Positions 1 through 13,578 of a DNA stretch of 64,000 nucleotides are shown here, one piece after another. Where the stretch lies: NCBI GenBank assembly GCA_002189035.1, contig CM007989.1, forward strand, positions 5,890,001-5,954,000. Direction: 5' to 3'. The notes below the pieces were generated by a model. It ran no database searches, was not told the DNA's origin, and worked only from the letters and a program-made list of their open reading frames with translations. The stretch comes from Utricularia gibba (taxonomy: Eukaryota > Plantae > Magnoliophyta). The translations under genes and the position numbers were made by a program. Numbering within the stretch: the first letter of the stretch is position 1; each line of letters begins with the position of its first letter.

Positions 1-583
1 TGAAGTTCAGCCATTGTAGCCACATATTGAACCCCCTGAGTTTCGACATCTTTCTTTGAAACAAAATCAACTCCCTCAAAACCATCACTGTTTCTAGTAA
101 AATTCTTTGCTTGCTCTCTAACAATTTCAGTGTCCCGAATAGCTTGGTTTTTCGAATCACTCGTAACTTTAAGCTTCTCATTCAGATGCTCCACAGTATT
201 TTTAGCCTTTTCAAGCTCTGAGACAGCCTGACCTTTAGTTGTCTCGGCATTTTTCAGCTGATCTTTCAACTTATTCAACTCCTTAACAGCCAAATGAAGC
301 CGTGTTTCCTTAGCAAGCACTCTCTGCCAAAAAGAAACAAACAACACAGCTTGTGAAGGCAATCCTATTCAACTCTCATCTGGTACAAAGAAAAGCGGAG
401 CCACATAGATACCTCTGCGGACTGTGCTTCGGTCTTCCTGACAATCGGCTTCACCCCAGAAAAGGCACTTTCTCCAAATAAGGTAATTGCATCCTTCACA
501 GACTGAAAGGGTGGGCTGGTATCTATCTCGCCAACCTCAGCCTTACCCGATCCGTTGGTTCTTTTGTAATCTTTGGCAACCAT
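1..583 (-). CDS. WEB family (DUF827) coiled-coil protein, At5g55860-like; 5' part only, continues beyond the window start
   Basis: Exon 1 is 413-583 (MVAKDYK...GEIDTSPPFQSVKDAITLFGE, the WEB-family motif). A GT-AG intron spans 324-412. Exon 2 (1-323) reads RVLAKETRLHLAVKELNKLKDQLKNAETTKGQAVSELEKAK. A 5'UTR intron is likely at ~610-1176 (GAG|GTGATC donor, TTTCAG acceptor). Confidence 0.88.
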
Positions 584-2480
584 ACTTGATGTCTTGCCGA
601 CAATCAGCCCTGAAACGAATTAGAAGTTAAGCTACTGGATCTAGTCAACAGTATCTCCAACATAACATTACCAAATGCATTTCCCTCTTCAAAGACACAT
701 AATTGGAGAACCAAGCATTCATAGATCAGCATGCACTCAACAGATGACAGTTCTAATCAGCGTTGTCCTGCGCCGGCTATCACAATCTACTTCAAAATTT
801 CTACAAACTTAATAAAAAAAGAACAGAAAACCATATAAAAGATCAACCAGTGAAACAATCAAAAGGAACTAAGAAAAACCAGTCCGAGGAACCGCAGATG
901 TTTCCTGCTGTAACACGAATAATGATTAACTAACCCACAAAAACGCAAGTCAACACGTACAAGCTCGAAAACCCTAATCACTCCAACACTTCTAGGAGGA
1001 AGTTGGCAACAGTAGAACATGAACCCAGAAATCATCACAAACCCACAGCCGAAAAAGCAAAATCCCGCAATCACTTTTCATGAATCTTTGCAATAAAAGT
1101 GAAGCCCTTTTCAGTGTCAATAAAGCAACACCGAAAGAGCCCACAAAGATTCTGCAAAAACGAACAGAAGGATCACCTCGCTATAGGGAACGAAAGTGCA
1201 CTTTCTTCGATTTTGTGAACTAGACAGGAGCTTCTTCTTCCTTGTCCATTAATACAGGAAAGCAGTTCATAAATTAAATGAGATTTAAAGGGGAAGGAAA
1301 CATTTCAAGTTGCGAAAGTGAAGGGGAAGACTGCATTACTACAATTCAGCGAAGAAAAGCCAACTCAAAGAAGAAGCCCGTGGGGATGGCCGTCGCTTTC
1401 AATGAATATTATTTTACACATTTTTTTAAAATATGAAGAATTTGATGTAGTTGACGGCTTAAGCTTCAATAATATGCAAATGAATAGTTCACATTAAATA
1501 TTCCATTCAAGAGGAGGTGTGGATTGACATTGCCAAAAAGACTATAAAATCGAAATTTAAATATTATATTTTAAAATAAATAAATAAATATTCAAGGTTA
1601 ATTGGGCCGCAGTGCAAGGGTAGGCCTACCGAGGTTGGTCCAGGTAGAATTTATTGTAGATGGGCACGTGCGGATTTATTAGTGGGTGATTCTCTTTCTC
1701 GGTCAATGTGAGTCTGGGTTTGGCGGTGGGTGGACGACGTTTGTGAAGTGCCTCTTTTTGCTAAATAACAATGTCAAGATATAATTTAAATTGGTTTTAC
1801 TATTTTGATTTTTTATGATGAAAAATTTAAAATAATATTTTATTAATTATAATAGAAACTATTGTATTTAAAAATTATTTTAAATCACTTAAATAAAGAA
1901 AATATTAATATTTAATTACTATTTAAATTATTTCTTTATATTTATAATACAATTTGATATACTTCAAATATATTATAAATGGTTATAATTATTCAAAATA
2001 AAAAACAATTTACTCAAATGATTTGCATACCAAAAAGTTCTCAAATTAAAAAGTTTCAAAAAATGTCTCCATAAAATAACTAAATGATAAGAGATCAAGC
2101 AATAATTTTGTAGTACTTCTTCAAAGGGTGATATGTGTTTATTAGACACTATCCCACATGACATCGTTCAACAAACATTAGAACATCCAATTAATCAACC
2201 AAGACATTGAGAAAAATCCTGATATCATCCCTTGGACATAGTGAGCAATCATTGACCATGGTGTGGTTGTAGGATGTGAGGAAGATGATGTTCTTAGGAT
2301 GTCCCATAACAATGCGAAAAATTTCATGGAAATACTGACCAGGTTAGTGAGACACTTGTATGAAACATCGTTGATTAGTTGGGTGTTTAGGTGATGGTAT
2401 TTGCCTTTGGAGTTAGAGATTTCATTATTATCATTGCTAAATTAGAAATTAAAATAATTCTTTGAGCTTCACCTTCTTTT

Positions 2481-3762
2481 TGTTAGGTTTTTCATAGACA
2501 TTGTATGTTTTCAATACAATAGAATTTAAAATTTTTCGAGAAACCCAAATTACAGATCTTATGATATGATATACATAAAATAAAACGAATCTGAAAAATA
2601 TCTTATAGTGGACTCCCTTGTTCATCAACCGCCAACACTAAATGGCTTCTATGGTATCAATACATGAAACACTCCATTGATAACATTCTCAAGGCCACAA
2701 AATGATGGTCGATCTCCTTAGATGTTAATAGAAAAGTCACCTCCTTGTATATAAATCTTAAAGAGAATGAAGATGTGGAAATTACATAAGATCAAATCTT
2801 CCATATTATCGTATAGATATTTGGTAATATATCTAATTAAATATATGTGAAGATCTTATCTCATAGAAATCTAATAGATATATGCATTCCTAATTCTTAT
2901 CTATATAAGATCTTTTATTTTGAATTTAATCAATATTAATATCATAATAATTTTCCATTTAATGTATCTATTTTACCAATTACATCTCATGTAATTGTAT
3001 CGTTTTATTTTATATCGAGAAATGATTTTACTATTATGTGTGACCCTATAGGTTTATTTAATTAATGACATAATAATGAATTTGTTAATTAATCAAATCC
3101 ATGATTATCAGTCATGAGTTATGTCTAGCAGCATATCATGATCTTCAAGATTTAAGAATAATCAAGTAAATTGATTGAGCATTTCTATAACCAACTATCA
3201 TGCAATGAACATCTTTTATCATACATATATTTCATTCGATACCAAAATATAGATATATGTCTTTCTAATATATCCAACTCATAATTGCATTTAAGCACTA
3301 ATATTAAATTATCTACTCAAACTCTTCGAGTGTCATTAACCTTGAGCTAGGACTTACTATTAGGATTGATGCAACTACTTGAAATAAGATTTCATAGTTA
3401 ACATGAGTGATGAATCCTTTATTGATCAATCAATTATCTCCAACCTTAAGGAGTTGCATTCCTTAACATCCATATTAGACAAGCCATGGTTAGACTCACA
3501 TTATTAATGAATGAAAATGTGAGTTTAAGATTCTCAATATTTGCTAACTTATCCTCATTTTACAAATACGTTAGCCAAAAAATTTTTAACTTGAAAATAA
3601 ATGTTTAAAGAATCTCAAATTATAATCTTATCATAATTTTTACAACATATAAATCAAGTATATAATTTTATCAATAATATAAATTTGATCACTATTCAAA
3701 ATCAATATAAAAAGATAACATTTTCCAATAAGTTTATTGTCTCAAAAATACATACACTATCA
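2481..3762 (-). mobile_element. Solo LTR of the Angela-type copia family, same family as 7943-9394
   Basis: The reverse complement aligns by eye to both ends of the 7943-9394 LTR, with a ~200 bp internal deletion. Termini read TGTT...ATCA on +. The flanks CTTTT and CCTTT match 4/5, consistent with a TSD. Confidence 0.85.
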
Positions 3763-3989
3763 CCTTTCACTATTCCATAATTTTCATGTGAAGAAAGGAG
3801 AGTAATCTTGATGTTAAGCTTCTTTCTATAAATGGGTGCACTAATTGTCCATCATCTCCACCTTTCTTCAAGTATTCAATTTGTATTATCTAATGAACTG
3901 GTTCATCTCAAATTTGATTGCGATGTTGAACCACTCGTGTATCAAGCAACCTCTTCTTGCTTCTCAAACTCAATAGCTAAAATATTCAC

Positions 3990-5340
3990 TTTTCTCCACT
4001 CAATAGCTAAAATCTCTACTTGAGGATTCACTATAGGTTGAGAGGATAATGTTCTTGATTTATTCTTAATACCAAGTTGATTGAGTAGCTTCTTAAGATT
4101 CTTTATGGTGCGTTGGATTGCTTAATATTCCTTCTCCTTTAATTCTCATTCTTTGTAAGTGTTGTCAACTATACTTTTCATCATATCATCTAAAGATGAT
4201 CCTTGCTTTACTTGGTCATTTTTTTTGATGAGGAGGCTAGTATAATTTTGGAAGCAATTGCTTCCGTTGAATCTATCTATAGGTCTATCCTTGTTTCTTA
4301 TTTTTTTGTGGGGGTTGATGTTGAGTGAAGCAGTCTCTTGTTGTTGATTATATCTTAAAAAGTGCTAGTTCAAAGCATTTTTGTTCCTCCAATTGAAATT
4401 CAAATGCTTTGGAGCACAGTGTCACGAATTGATGCCACCACCCTCCTTGATTTTCTACACATCCCAGTGTATTCACTTGAATGCTTTTTTCCTTGAAATG
4501 GAAAGATTCTTTTATGTCAGCTAGTGTAGAGCAAATATCGAATGCTGTTAGCCTGGATGGAGCTAAACAAAACTCACATCATATCATGTTGCTCACTTAT
4601 GTACTTGTCTATCTCACTTATAATTTGAAAACCTTGATGCCAACCCTCGTAGGTGTTTCCTTGATTTGTATTCTCGTATGAGGTTGAATTTTCTTCGATT
4701 CAACTCACTTGGCAATAAATTTCATATCGAAAGAGGAGTCTATAGAGTGCTCCACCATCTCCTTGATCTTTGCTCATACTTGTTGGGAGTGAGTGTCCTC
4801 ATGCTTCCTCTGTGGCAGCAATCCTTCCAAGAAGAATTAAAATAAAATGTGTTTCTCGTATCCATCATGAGCACAATTAACAAGAAGTTTGTTGAATTTA
4901 TCAAAGTATTCATGAAGTGGGTATCCAATAAATTGATAAATATCCACAATTGTTATTCTCAATTCTTCTTCCTTAGTGCTTGGGAAATATTTGTTTAAAA
5001 CAATTTTTTTTTCATTTCTTTAGAGCTTCCTATTCTACTAGTTTCCAAAATACACAATCATTCTTTCATGTCTCCTTCTATTGTGAATCGAAAAACTCAT
5101 AAGGGCATATTATCTTTCATTTCCACAAGTCTCATGATAGCACTAACTAATATGTATCCATCTAGGTGCTAGTGTACATTTTCCTTTCCATTTTTATAAA
5201 ACTTGGGATTGATGATCCCAAGTTTGAGAACAAAATGTAGTTTCTTCCTCAAAAAAAGCTGATGTGTATTCTGCAATAGGAGTAATCTAGGCAATCATAC
5301 TCCAACATTCAATTCTCTACTTCATTTGCATCCATGCATG
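3990..5340 (-). pseudogene. Degenerate Athila-like Ty3/gypsy gag relic
   Basis: Interrupted minus-strand frames give PKFYKNGKENVH*HL, FTIEGDMKE, ELRITIVDIYQFIGYPLHEYFDKFNKLLVNC and TLSSQPIVNPQ. A decayed PBS-like sequence lies at ~5505-5523, followed by a probable LTR from ~5525. Confidence 0.6.
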
Positions 5341-6289
5341 AGTTTTTTTTTAGCTTTCATTTTGATGATTTTGTTTCCGTAACATTGCTTCTCTTTTCCA
5401 CATTTTTGTTTCTCCTTTATAGTCTTTTGAATCTTTGAATTCAATGGAGATATGCTCCGCTTGCAAAAGATTGCAAACACATTTATAACAACTAAAGAGC
5501 ACCAAGCTCCCTAATAACACCATTTGACAAACCAAATTTTTATGGCTATTATAGATCTACAACTTTTCCTAGTCAAAATATTTGTATCGTGAAGATGCAT
5601 TCTATAATTATTTAACAAGAAAATATATATAGGAACAAAAAGAACATGTTGATTCACAAAGTTAAATACATGTTTAGTTATAAGTCTTAAACAGGATTCT
5701 ATCAAAATGTTGATAAGTGCTCAATTAGTGATATAAAAACCATTTTGGATGCTGACCACTAAATCGGTAAATGCATTAAAAAAACTTCAAATTAGTCCAA
5801 GTTAAATTGATTATAATACTTGCCAAGTATTTTTATTTTAACTTACATGCACTCATTAAACACTTATTAACTCATGTTGCACTTAAATCCAATTGCAATG
5901 AAGGCAATTTTTAATGGCAATAGTAAATAAGTAGTAGCAAAGCAGATGACATGCAACTAAAATAAAAAGTTCAAGTTGTAACATGGCCAAGTTACTAAAG
6001 CAAGTGAAATATGAGTTTAAAAAGTGTTTTAGTTGATGTTCTTCTTGAGGTAGATCAGTAGCAAAAAGTTTCTTGTAGCCTCATCTTATCCTTCTTTCTA
6101 TTCGCTAGGATGCTTCCTCTTATGAGGTGTGTACAATTGCAACAATAATGTTTTCAAACATGCTCTTTTCAAAGGTTCGGTGAAGAGTTCCTGGAATTCT
6201 TATGCAAGGTCTAGCACTTAATGAGGATACACATGTAAATATCTGGCTTTTGTGGCATGAAGAAACAACATGCCACAAAAGAGCTCATT

Positions 6290-9200
6290 AGAGCTGTGCA
6301 ACCCTATCGTGAGATATGGTTTCATTGTTGATGCCAAAGCCGTGGGTGATCTCATATTAGATGAGGAACCTTGGACTTAAGCAATCAATAGTGCTGAGTC
6401 AAGTAAATGGCTTGTTGCCATGGGGGCAGAAATGGATTCCATGTATGAGAACAATATATGAGCATTGGTCAATGCTCAAGAGGGAGTAAATCCTATTGGA
6501 TGCAAATGGTTATTCAAAAGGAAAACTGACATGAATGGAAATATATCTAACTATAAGGCACGACTTGTGGCAAAAGGGTATCATAAAAAACAAGGTGTTG
6601 ATTATGACGAAACCTTCTTGCCTATTGCTATGCTTAAGTAGATTCGAATTTTACTTGCCATTGCTGCTCATTTTGATTATGAGATATGGCAGATGGATGT
6701 GAAAACAGCCTTCTTAAATGGAAATTTGGCTGAGGAAATGTACATGACACAACCTGAAGGTTTCACACAAGATCCTAGTAAAGTGTGCAAACTGAACAAA
6801 TCCATCTATGGGCTAAAGCGAGTTTCAAGAAGTTGGAACATCAAATTTGATGAGACAATCAAAGAGTTTGGTTTCTCTCAAAATGAAGATGAACCTTGTG
6901 TATACAAGAAGGTAGATGGCTTGGTAATCGTATTTCTCATACTATATGTGGATGACATATTAGTAATGGGAAATGATGTTGCAACAATGCAATCAATAAA
7001 AATCTAGTTAACCAAGAGCTTTTCAATGAAAGATCTTGGAGATGCGGCTTATATATTGGGCATAAAGATCTATAGAGATAGATCAAAGAGACTAATTGGA
7101 TTATCGCAATCGACCTACATTGATATAGTGTTAAAGAGGTTTAACATGGCTGATTCTAAGAGAGGTTTAATACCCATGACACCTAAGGCACTTTCAAAAG
7201 CAATGTGCCCCAAGACAGAAGAAGAAAGGGATCAGATGGCTCGAATCCCATATGCTTCTGCTATTGGGTCAATAATGTACACCATGTTGTGTACTAGACT
7301 AGATGTGTCATATGCTTTAAGTGTTACAAGCAGATATCAGCCGAACCCTGGAATGGATCATTGGACCGCAGTCAAGAGCATTCTTAAGTACTTGAGAAGG
7401 ACTAAAGACATGTTCTTGATATACGGTAGTAAAGGTCTCCAAGTGGAAGGATATGCTGATGCAAGTTTCCAGTCTGATCATGACGACTTGAAGTCTCAAT
7501 CAGGATACATATTCACCCTAAATAGAGGCGCAGTCACTTGGAAGAGTTCTAAGCAAGAAACGACAGCTGATTCAACAATGGATGCAGAGTACATTGCCGC
7601 CAGCGATGCTGCAAAAGAAGCTGTTTGGATTAAGAAGTTTATCAGCGATGTAGGAGTACTCCCAAATGTTGAGGATCCTATACTCCTATATTGTGATAAC
7701 ACTAGGGCTATTGCAAATGCTAAGGCACCTCGATTACATCAGAAATCCAAACACGTGCTTCGACGCTACCACGTGATCAGAGAGATCATTGGTAGAGGCG
7801 ATGTCAGAATTGAGAAAGTGAACATAAAGGAGAATGTAGCAGATCCACTTACAAAGATGCTTCCACAGAAGGTCCATGAGACGCACATAGAGTCCATTGG
7901 TATGAGATACATCAATGATTGGCTCTAGTAAAAGTGGGAGATTGTTAGTGTATATGTTCTAGAGACAATCAACTCATTGGCAAATCTTATCTTTTGATAT
8001 TTACCTTGAATTGTGATCAAGTTTACATCATTGATAAAATTCTCTACTTGATCTATGTGCTATAGAAATTATGATGAGATCATAATATGAGATTCTACAA
8101 GCATTTATGTTCAAGTTAAAAACTCCCTTCCTAGAGTGTTTGTGAAATGAGGATATCACAAATACGGATAAGCTGGCACATATTGAGTTCCCTAAACTGT
8201 TTAGGCAATGGTTCTCACAATTGATATAATGAGATTACTAAAACCTATGTGTGGGTGTTGACTAAAGAATCGATTCACTGGATGACTCATCTTCGAGATG
8301 CTACTATGGGATGCTAACCAAGTGTCATTAGCAAGATCTCGAATATGACAGCCGTGCAAGTAAGCTTAGACTTGAGGTCAACAAAGTTATCTTGATCTTA
8401 AGCTCACATTTTCGCTCATTACTAATGGGAGCCTAACCATGGCTTGCCTAGTATGGATGAGTAGGGATGTGATTCCTTAAGGTTGGAGATAGTTGATTGA
8501 TCAATAAAGGATTCATCACTCATGTTAGCAATGAGATCATATCTCAATTAATTGCATCAAAGCCTAACAGTAAGTCCTGGGCCCAGGGTAATGACACTTG
8601 AATTGTTTGAATAGGTCATTGAGTGTTAGTGCTTGAATGCAATTATAAGTTCGATACATCAGAAAGACATGCACCCATGTTTTGGTACCAAATGAGATAT
8701 AAGTATGATGAAAGCTGTTTATTGCATGGTGGCTGATCATGGAAAGGCTCAATCAGTTCACCTGATTATTTTTTAATCTTGGGGATCATGATATGTTGCT
8801 AGACATCACTCATGATCGATAATGATGGATTTGATTAATTAAGAGTTAATTATTAAATCCATTATTACGGCCTTGATTGAGGAAGCATATAGGGTCACAC
8901 ACAATAGTGGAGTCACTCATCGATATAAAATAGAATGACACAATTACATGAGATGTAATTGGTAAAGTGGATAAATTAAATAGAGAATTATTTTGAGATT
9001 AATATTGATTAAACTCAAAATAAAAGATCTTATAGAGATATGATTTGATATGTCACAAAATATCTATCAAAAAGATTTAGATCTTGAGATCTGCTCCAAG
9101 GTCTTCGTGCTCTCTGAGACTGATCCACAAGGAGGTGTCTTTCTCTACTAGCACTTGAGAAATTCGACCAGCATTCAAGAGCCTTGATAAGGCTATCGAC

Positions 9201-9394
9201 GGAGTGCTCCACGTGTGGATACCATAGAGGCCGTCTGCTATTGGCGATTGGTGAACAACGGAGTCATCTGAAAGGTATTTTGAACATCCCTTTGTCTGAT
9301 GTATACCGTATTCCAAGATCTGCATTTGGGGTTTCTCAAAATTTTTAAAATTCCACTGCTTTTGAGACATACGATATCTACGAGAAACCCAACA
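6290..9394 (+). mobile_element. 5'-truncated Ty1/copia retrotransposon (Angela lineage): RT-RNaseH relic, PPT and 3' LTR
   Basis: RT motifs include KWLFKRK, YKARLVAKG, QMDVKTAFLNG and LYVDDIL; RNaseH motifs include YCDN and ADPLTK. ORFs 6693-7007 and 7026-7928 share one frame, split by a TAG where W is expected. The PPT AAAAGTGGGAGAT is at 7930-7942 and the LTR (TGTTAG...CCAACA) is at 7943-9394. Confidence 0.93.
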
Positions 9395-9821
9395 AAGATC
9401 TGTCAATGGGTTGATTGTCTTTAGGACACATACACTAACACTATTCATAACCCAAAATCGGTACTCGTCGCGATACTGATTTACGACTGTTATCCTATCA
9501 ACTTAAACTGGCAGGTTATCCAAAGAAGGAACATAATGCCCCATTATCCTATCAACTTAAATTCATAGGGAGATTGAATATAGTTTAGTGAACATTACAC
9601 AAGAAGAGGTGAAACAAAAAGATAGTAATTCACATAATTATAGTAAAACGTTGTGTGACCAACATGTTTAATTTAACTGGCAAGACTCCTTACATAGACT
9701 CAATGCTTAAAAGACTCACAAAGACGACTCAGAAACCCAAGGATTGGTTTAGAGGTGAGCTCTACTCTAAAGGACCAATGTAGGCCCACAAACAAGAGGC
9801 ATCAAAATGGCCGGTAGTGAG

Positions 9822-9915
9822 TGTCACAACCCACACTCGCCTTGCACAATATTGTCCACTTCAAGCACCCAACCCTTATGTTTTACATTCTCCCCTTTTG
9901 GGGAAAATGCCTCTT
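9822..9915 (-). mobile_element. Partial TRIM LTR
   Basis: TGTCACAACCCACACTCGCCTTGCAC...CACCCAACCCTTATGTTTTACATTC matches the LTR ends of the TRIM at 63429-63895. Confidence 0.7.
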
Positions 9916-10424
9916 ATTTCCAACCTGCTCCCCCTTGTTCAATTCAGCTTCCACTCTCACTTCAAGGCACACTGTGATAAAGGTACCTGAGAGTCTAACA
10001 CAAAATTTGTTCTACAAGGAAGTACCTATTAGATTATTACATAGGCAAGAAAAGAAGTTGAGAAACAAAGTTATTCCTATGATAAAGGTGCAATGAAGTC
10101 ATCATAGTGAAAGTGACGCTACATGAGAGATCAAAACTACTTTACTCAAAGAGTACCATGAATTCATGGAACAAGTTTTGGGACGAAACTTTCTCTAAGA
10201 GGGGAAGGATGTGAGATTTAAGAATTAGGATTGGAATAGGAGGAAAAGAAAAGGTAGAACAAAGAAAGATCATACATGCAACCATGACCAATTACATAGC
10301 GCCATGTGTTTTAGTAAGCTGATGACAACAAAGATAAAGCATACAACATAGCCAATCAGAGAGCATCACATGTTTTAATATGGTATTGACATGTATTTCA
10401 TGTAGAATAAGAAAGTGCCATGTG

Positions 10425-11409
10425 CTATGGCAGGAAGTGAGAGAAAAGAAGGAGTAAATGGCGACAAAATGGATCTTCCCGAAATGACATCTTCTTCATA
10501 TGCAGTACATAAGAGCCTCTTATAGATAAAATCATTAGCGTACCAATATAAGAGTAGATATTTTCTTGCAAGTCACTCTAGTCCAAAGGAACACGAAAAG
10601 TCGGACAAAGTAGTTCAGTTCAGTTCAATTCGGAATTCAGCATTCAATTTCCACTTAAGTTTAGACTTGAAGTTTATCTCTAGAGGATTTTTCCTCTAAC
10701 TTCTCTCTAGAACCTATTTTTGTTTTCCTTAGCTTATATGGTAGCTTGTGGCTAGAAACTTTCATTTCTGGGTTGAGAGACTCCCAAAATTATGTTCGTT
10801 AGTTGCTCTTCTTCTTTGATTGTGATCGGGTTCCATATATTTTCGTGCGACTATGTTACAGTCTTTATGTAATAGCCCCCTCATTCAAAATTCATGGTTA
10901 GCTTATCACTAGTTACGAGTTTTGAAGAGGAGGAACGTGTAAATCACCAACTCATACCCTTCCGGCAGGAGGGAGGCAATGTTTTGTATATGGTCGTACC
11001 TCAGGATCAATGGATAGATAGTGACCTCGTATCTCGATTCATTGAGTCATTGGCAACACTCGAGTACACACGTGCAATTCGACCATGAGGGTACGTTGAC
11101 AGGACCTCTTATCTCCGTGTTTGTCCAAGGAGGAGCAACATCAAGCTATTCCCATCCCTTTTTGCAAGAGAGTGTAAGTGAGGATAGACAATTTCTTACT
11201 CCTATAACCAAGTACTCGAGAAGATCAGAGAAGAGTGGAGAGGTGATGAACATAGCTGGGAATGATTCCAATCCCAAACACATTCTCGTTATTTAAGGTT
11301 TATCACTTAAGTTTATTTCCCATTGTTTGTTTACACCCACCCCCCTCCTCCTTACTTCTTTACTCAAGCTTCATAACCTACGTTTCTTGCACATTTTACT
11401 TTACAAAAC
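10425..11409 (+). repeat. LTR family Z, 5'-truncated copy
   Basis: Direct repeat of 13708-14712, with shared blocks such as ATGGCGACAAAAT-GATCTTCCCGAA and GTGCAATTCGA-CATGAGGGTA. Confidence 0.8.
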
Positions 11410-12160
11410 CAGAGGTGGTTGGTTGAACCAATAGTCCTTCATAAGTGCAATCAAGAACCTAATGATGTGTAGAAAATCCAAGTCATAAGAGAGATTAAGA
11501 TTCTCACTTGAATTTGGCTACTCAACATCTTCATACTCTTGTTCTTGTAAAATCATTCTTTCAAGTGCAGGCGGCTCATCTAATGATAAATTTTCAATTT
11601 CCCAAAGAGGAGATATATCAATATCATCAAAATCACCTTTGAAATCCCATAACTTTGTATCACATGTATCATATTCTAGAGTTTTTCGACATAATACTCG
11701 AATAAGTAGCAAGTTTATACACAAAGCATCAAGCAAATAATAAAGGTAATTACATTTGCATACCTTGGGTTTAAAGTATGGGCAACAACATGCAATTGAG
11801 TCAAATTTTTCTTCTTTCTATGCAATAAAATATTGTGTACAACATTCCAAAATATACTTTCATCATCGTCAGTCTTTTTCTCAGAAATATAAATAGCCTT
11901 TCTAAAATTTGAATCATCGAAACCCACATGCAATAAATCAAGTGAAGACATGATACATCCGTATCATATGCTCTTAGCATATCATATATTGGAGAAGTAA
12001 ATGCCACGAGGTTATCAATACTATCCCAAAAGACATTGCTCAAAATAATATCTCTAATGTGTCTTGCCTTGACGGGATCATCATGCTTATATTCACACCA
12101 TTTCTGATTCACGAATTAATATAATGTTAAGTTAAAAATGACAAATCTAGGTTAACATAG
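10425..12160 (-). mobile_element. Deleted hAT (DUF659/Tag1-like) element carrying an LTR fragment, inserted into the Tekay LTR
   Basis: GCCATGTG is duplicated at 10417-10424 and 12161-12168. The termini are CTATG...CATAG. Transposase fragments at 11518-12112 read FWDSIDNLVAFTSPIYDMLRAYDTD, LHVVAHTLNPRY and NLSLDEPPALE. Confidence 0.65.
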
Positions 12161-13578
12161 GCCATGTGTTTTGATTGTGGTGATGTGTCTCGTTCAGTGG
12201 AATTACAGATAAGTATGAATGATGTTATAAGAAGAAGAAGATAGAGGAACGTGAGGGATCAAAGGGGATTTGCTGATAGGGATAATTTTAATTAAGTATA
12301 ACTAATGTTATTAAAAGAAGAAGATAGATGAAAGGAAAAATATTTGAACATGAGGGATCAAAGTTCGATTTTCTGAGAGCTATGTGGTAGTGCCAGTATC
12401 ACAGAACTTTGTAGGCTTATATCAGAGTGATATACGAAGGGTTTGGTTTTTGAAGGAGCTGATTTGGACAAGCGTAATTGGGATGATGGGTTCTACATTT
12501 ATGTGCTGTGCTCTACGTGTAAATATGTGCTTACGTGATTCTCTATGTGTTTCATGGCTTTTATTTTTTGATTGGCTATGATTCATTAGGTATGCTACAC
12601 GTGACTTTGTATCTTTATGTTGCAATGATGTCTCAAAAAGAATTTATCGATTTGGAGATAGGAGCAGAAAGTTATGGGTTTATTTTTAAAACCATTGACA
12701 TCATTCAAGCCCTAGAAACTAGTTTTGAGTCCAATTTCAAGATTTTTCAACTTTCTACTAGATGCTCTAATTTCTGCAATTTTTTTTTACTAGAGAAAGC
12801 TCTGCTCCTTAACTTTCAAATGATTTCTATTTGATAATTTAAAATAAGAAAAAATTCATGAGATATGACATGGTGCTCATGCGTATCGTAATGTGTTGTG
12901 AGATTGAGGTGCAGTGCTTTAAAGTAGAAAACTTATGGAGGAGCTATGGATGCACACTTCTATACGTCAAGCATGCTTGAGGTAACTCCTTATGGACTTT
13001 TAGCCACCAAATGATATGAGGTAGAGGAATTGAAAAGAAAAGGGAAAAGGGGCTATAACCTTGTGGAGTTGGTAAAGCGGTGGCACTCCTCTACTGATTT
13101 CATAAGATCAAAGCCAAAAGGAACCTTTTGATCTTGGTTTCTAAGGTTTCCAAACTGAAGTTAAGAGTGCAACCATGCATGTAAATATTCATATAGTTAA
13201 TGGACTCATAATATGTTAAGTGTTACTACCTATACTTCATATTTTCTAGTGAGACCTTTTTCTGAATGGTTACATACTTGATCTATATGGTCTTCTTGAT
13301 TTTATGCATTGAATTCATTGCCTTGACTGCTAATTATTTCAGGAAATGAGCAGGAAAGGTAGGATTACGTGGTGTGATCCAGATCATAGGGGAAGGAACC
13401 TCACTACCAGCCATTTTGGTGTCAAAATCAGTCCTTGTCTTTCTAAGTTGTCTTTGTGAGTTCTTCAAATATTGAATCTATGTAGGGAGTCATATAAGTT
13501 AAACTGAATATGTTGTCCATGCTACGTTGTTAAGTGTCATTTTCACACTATCTTTTATGTCGTTTTTATATCTAAATA

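Larger units (their letters stand above)
9925..13424 (+). mobile_element. 3' end of a Tekay/Del chromovirus (chromodomain relic, PPT, 3' LTR), interrupted by a nested insertion
   Basis: YKEVPIRLLHRQEKKLRNKVIPMIKVQ*SHHSESDAT*E is a Tekay-type chromodomain. The PPT AAGAGGGGAAGGA is at 10197-10209. The LTR starts with TG at 10210, resumes at 12161, and ends at ~13424. It is colinear with the minus-strand copy at 15320-16740. Confidence 0.8.

Noticed and set aside
859-1074. Cys/Phe-rich 71-aa ORF
   Set aside because: It lies in the T-rich predicted 5'UTR intron of the WEB gene, so it is a composition artefact.
4430-4700. Possible Harbinger Myb-like ORF1 (KAFK*IHWDV)
   Set aside because: The flanking frames are retrotransposon gag and post-gag motifs, so it is more simply part of the gypsy relic.
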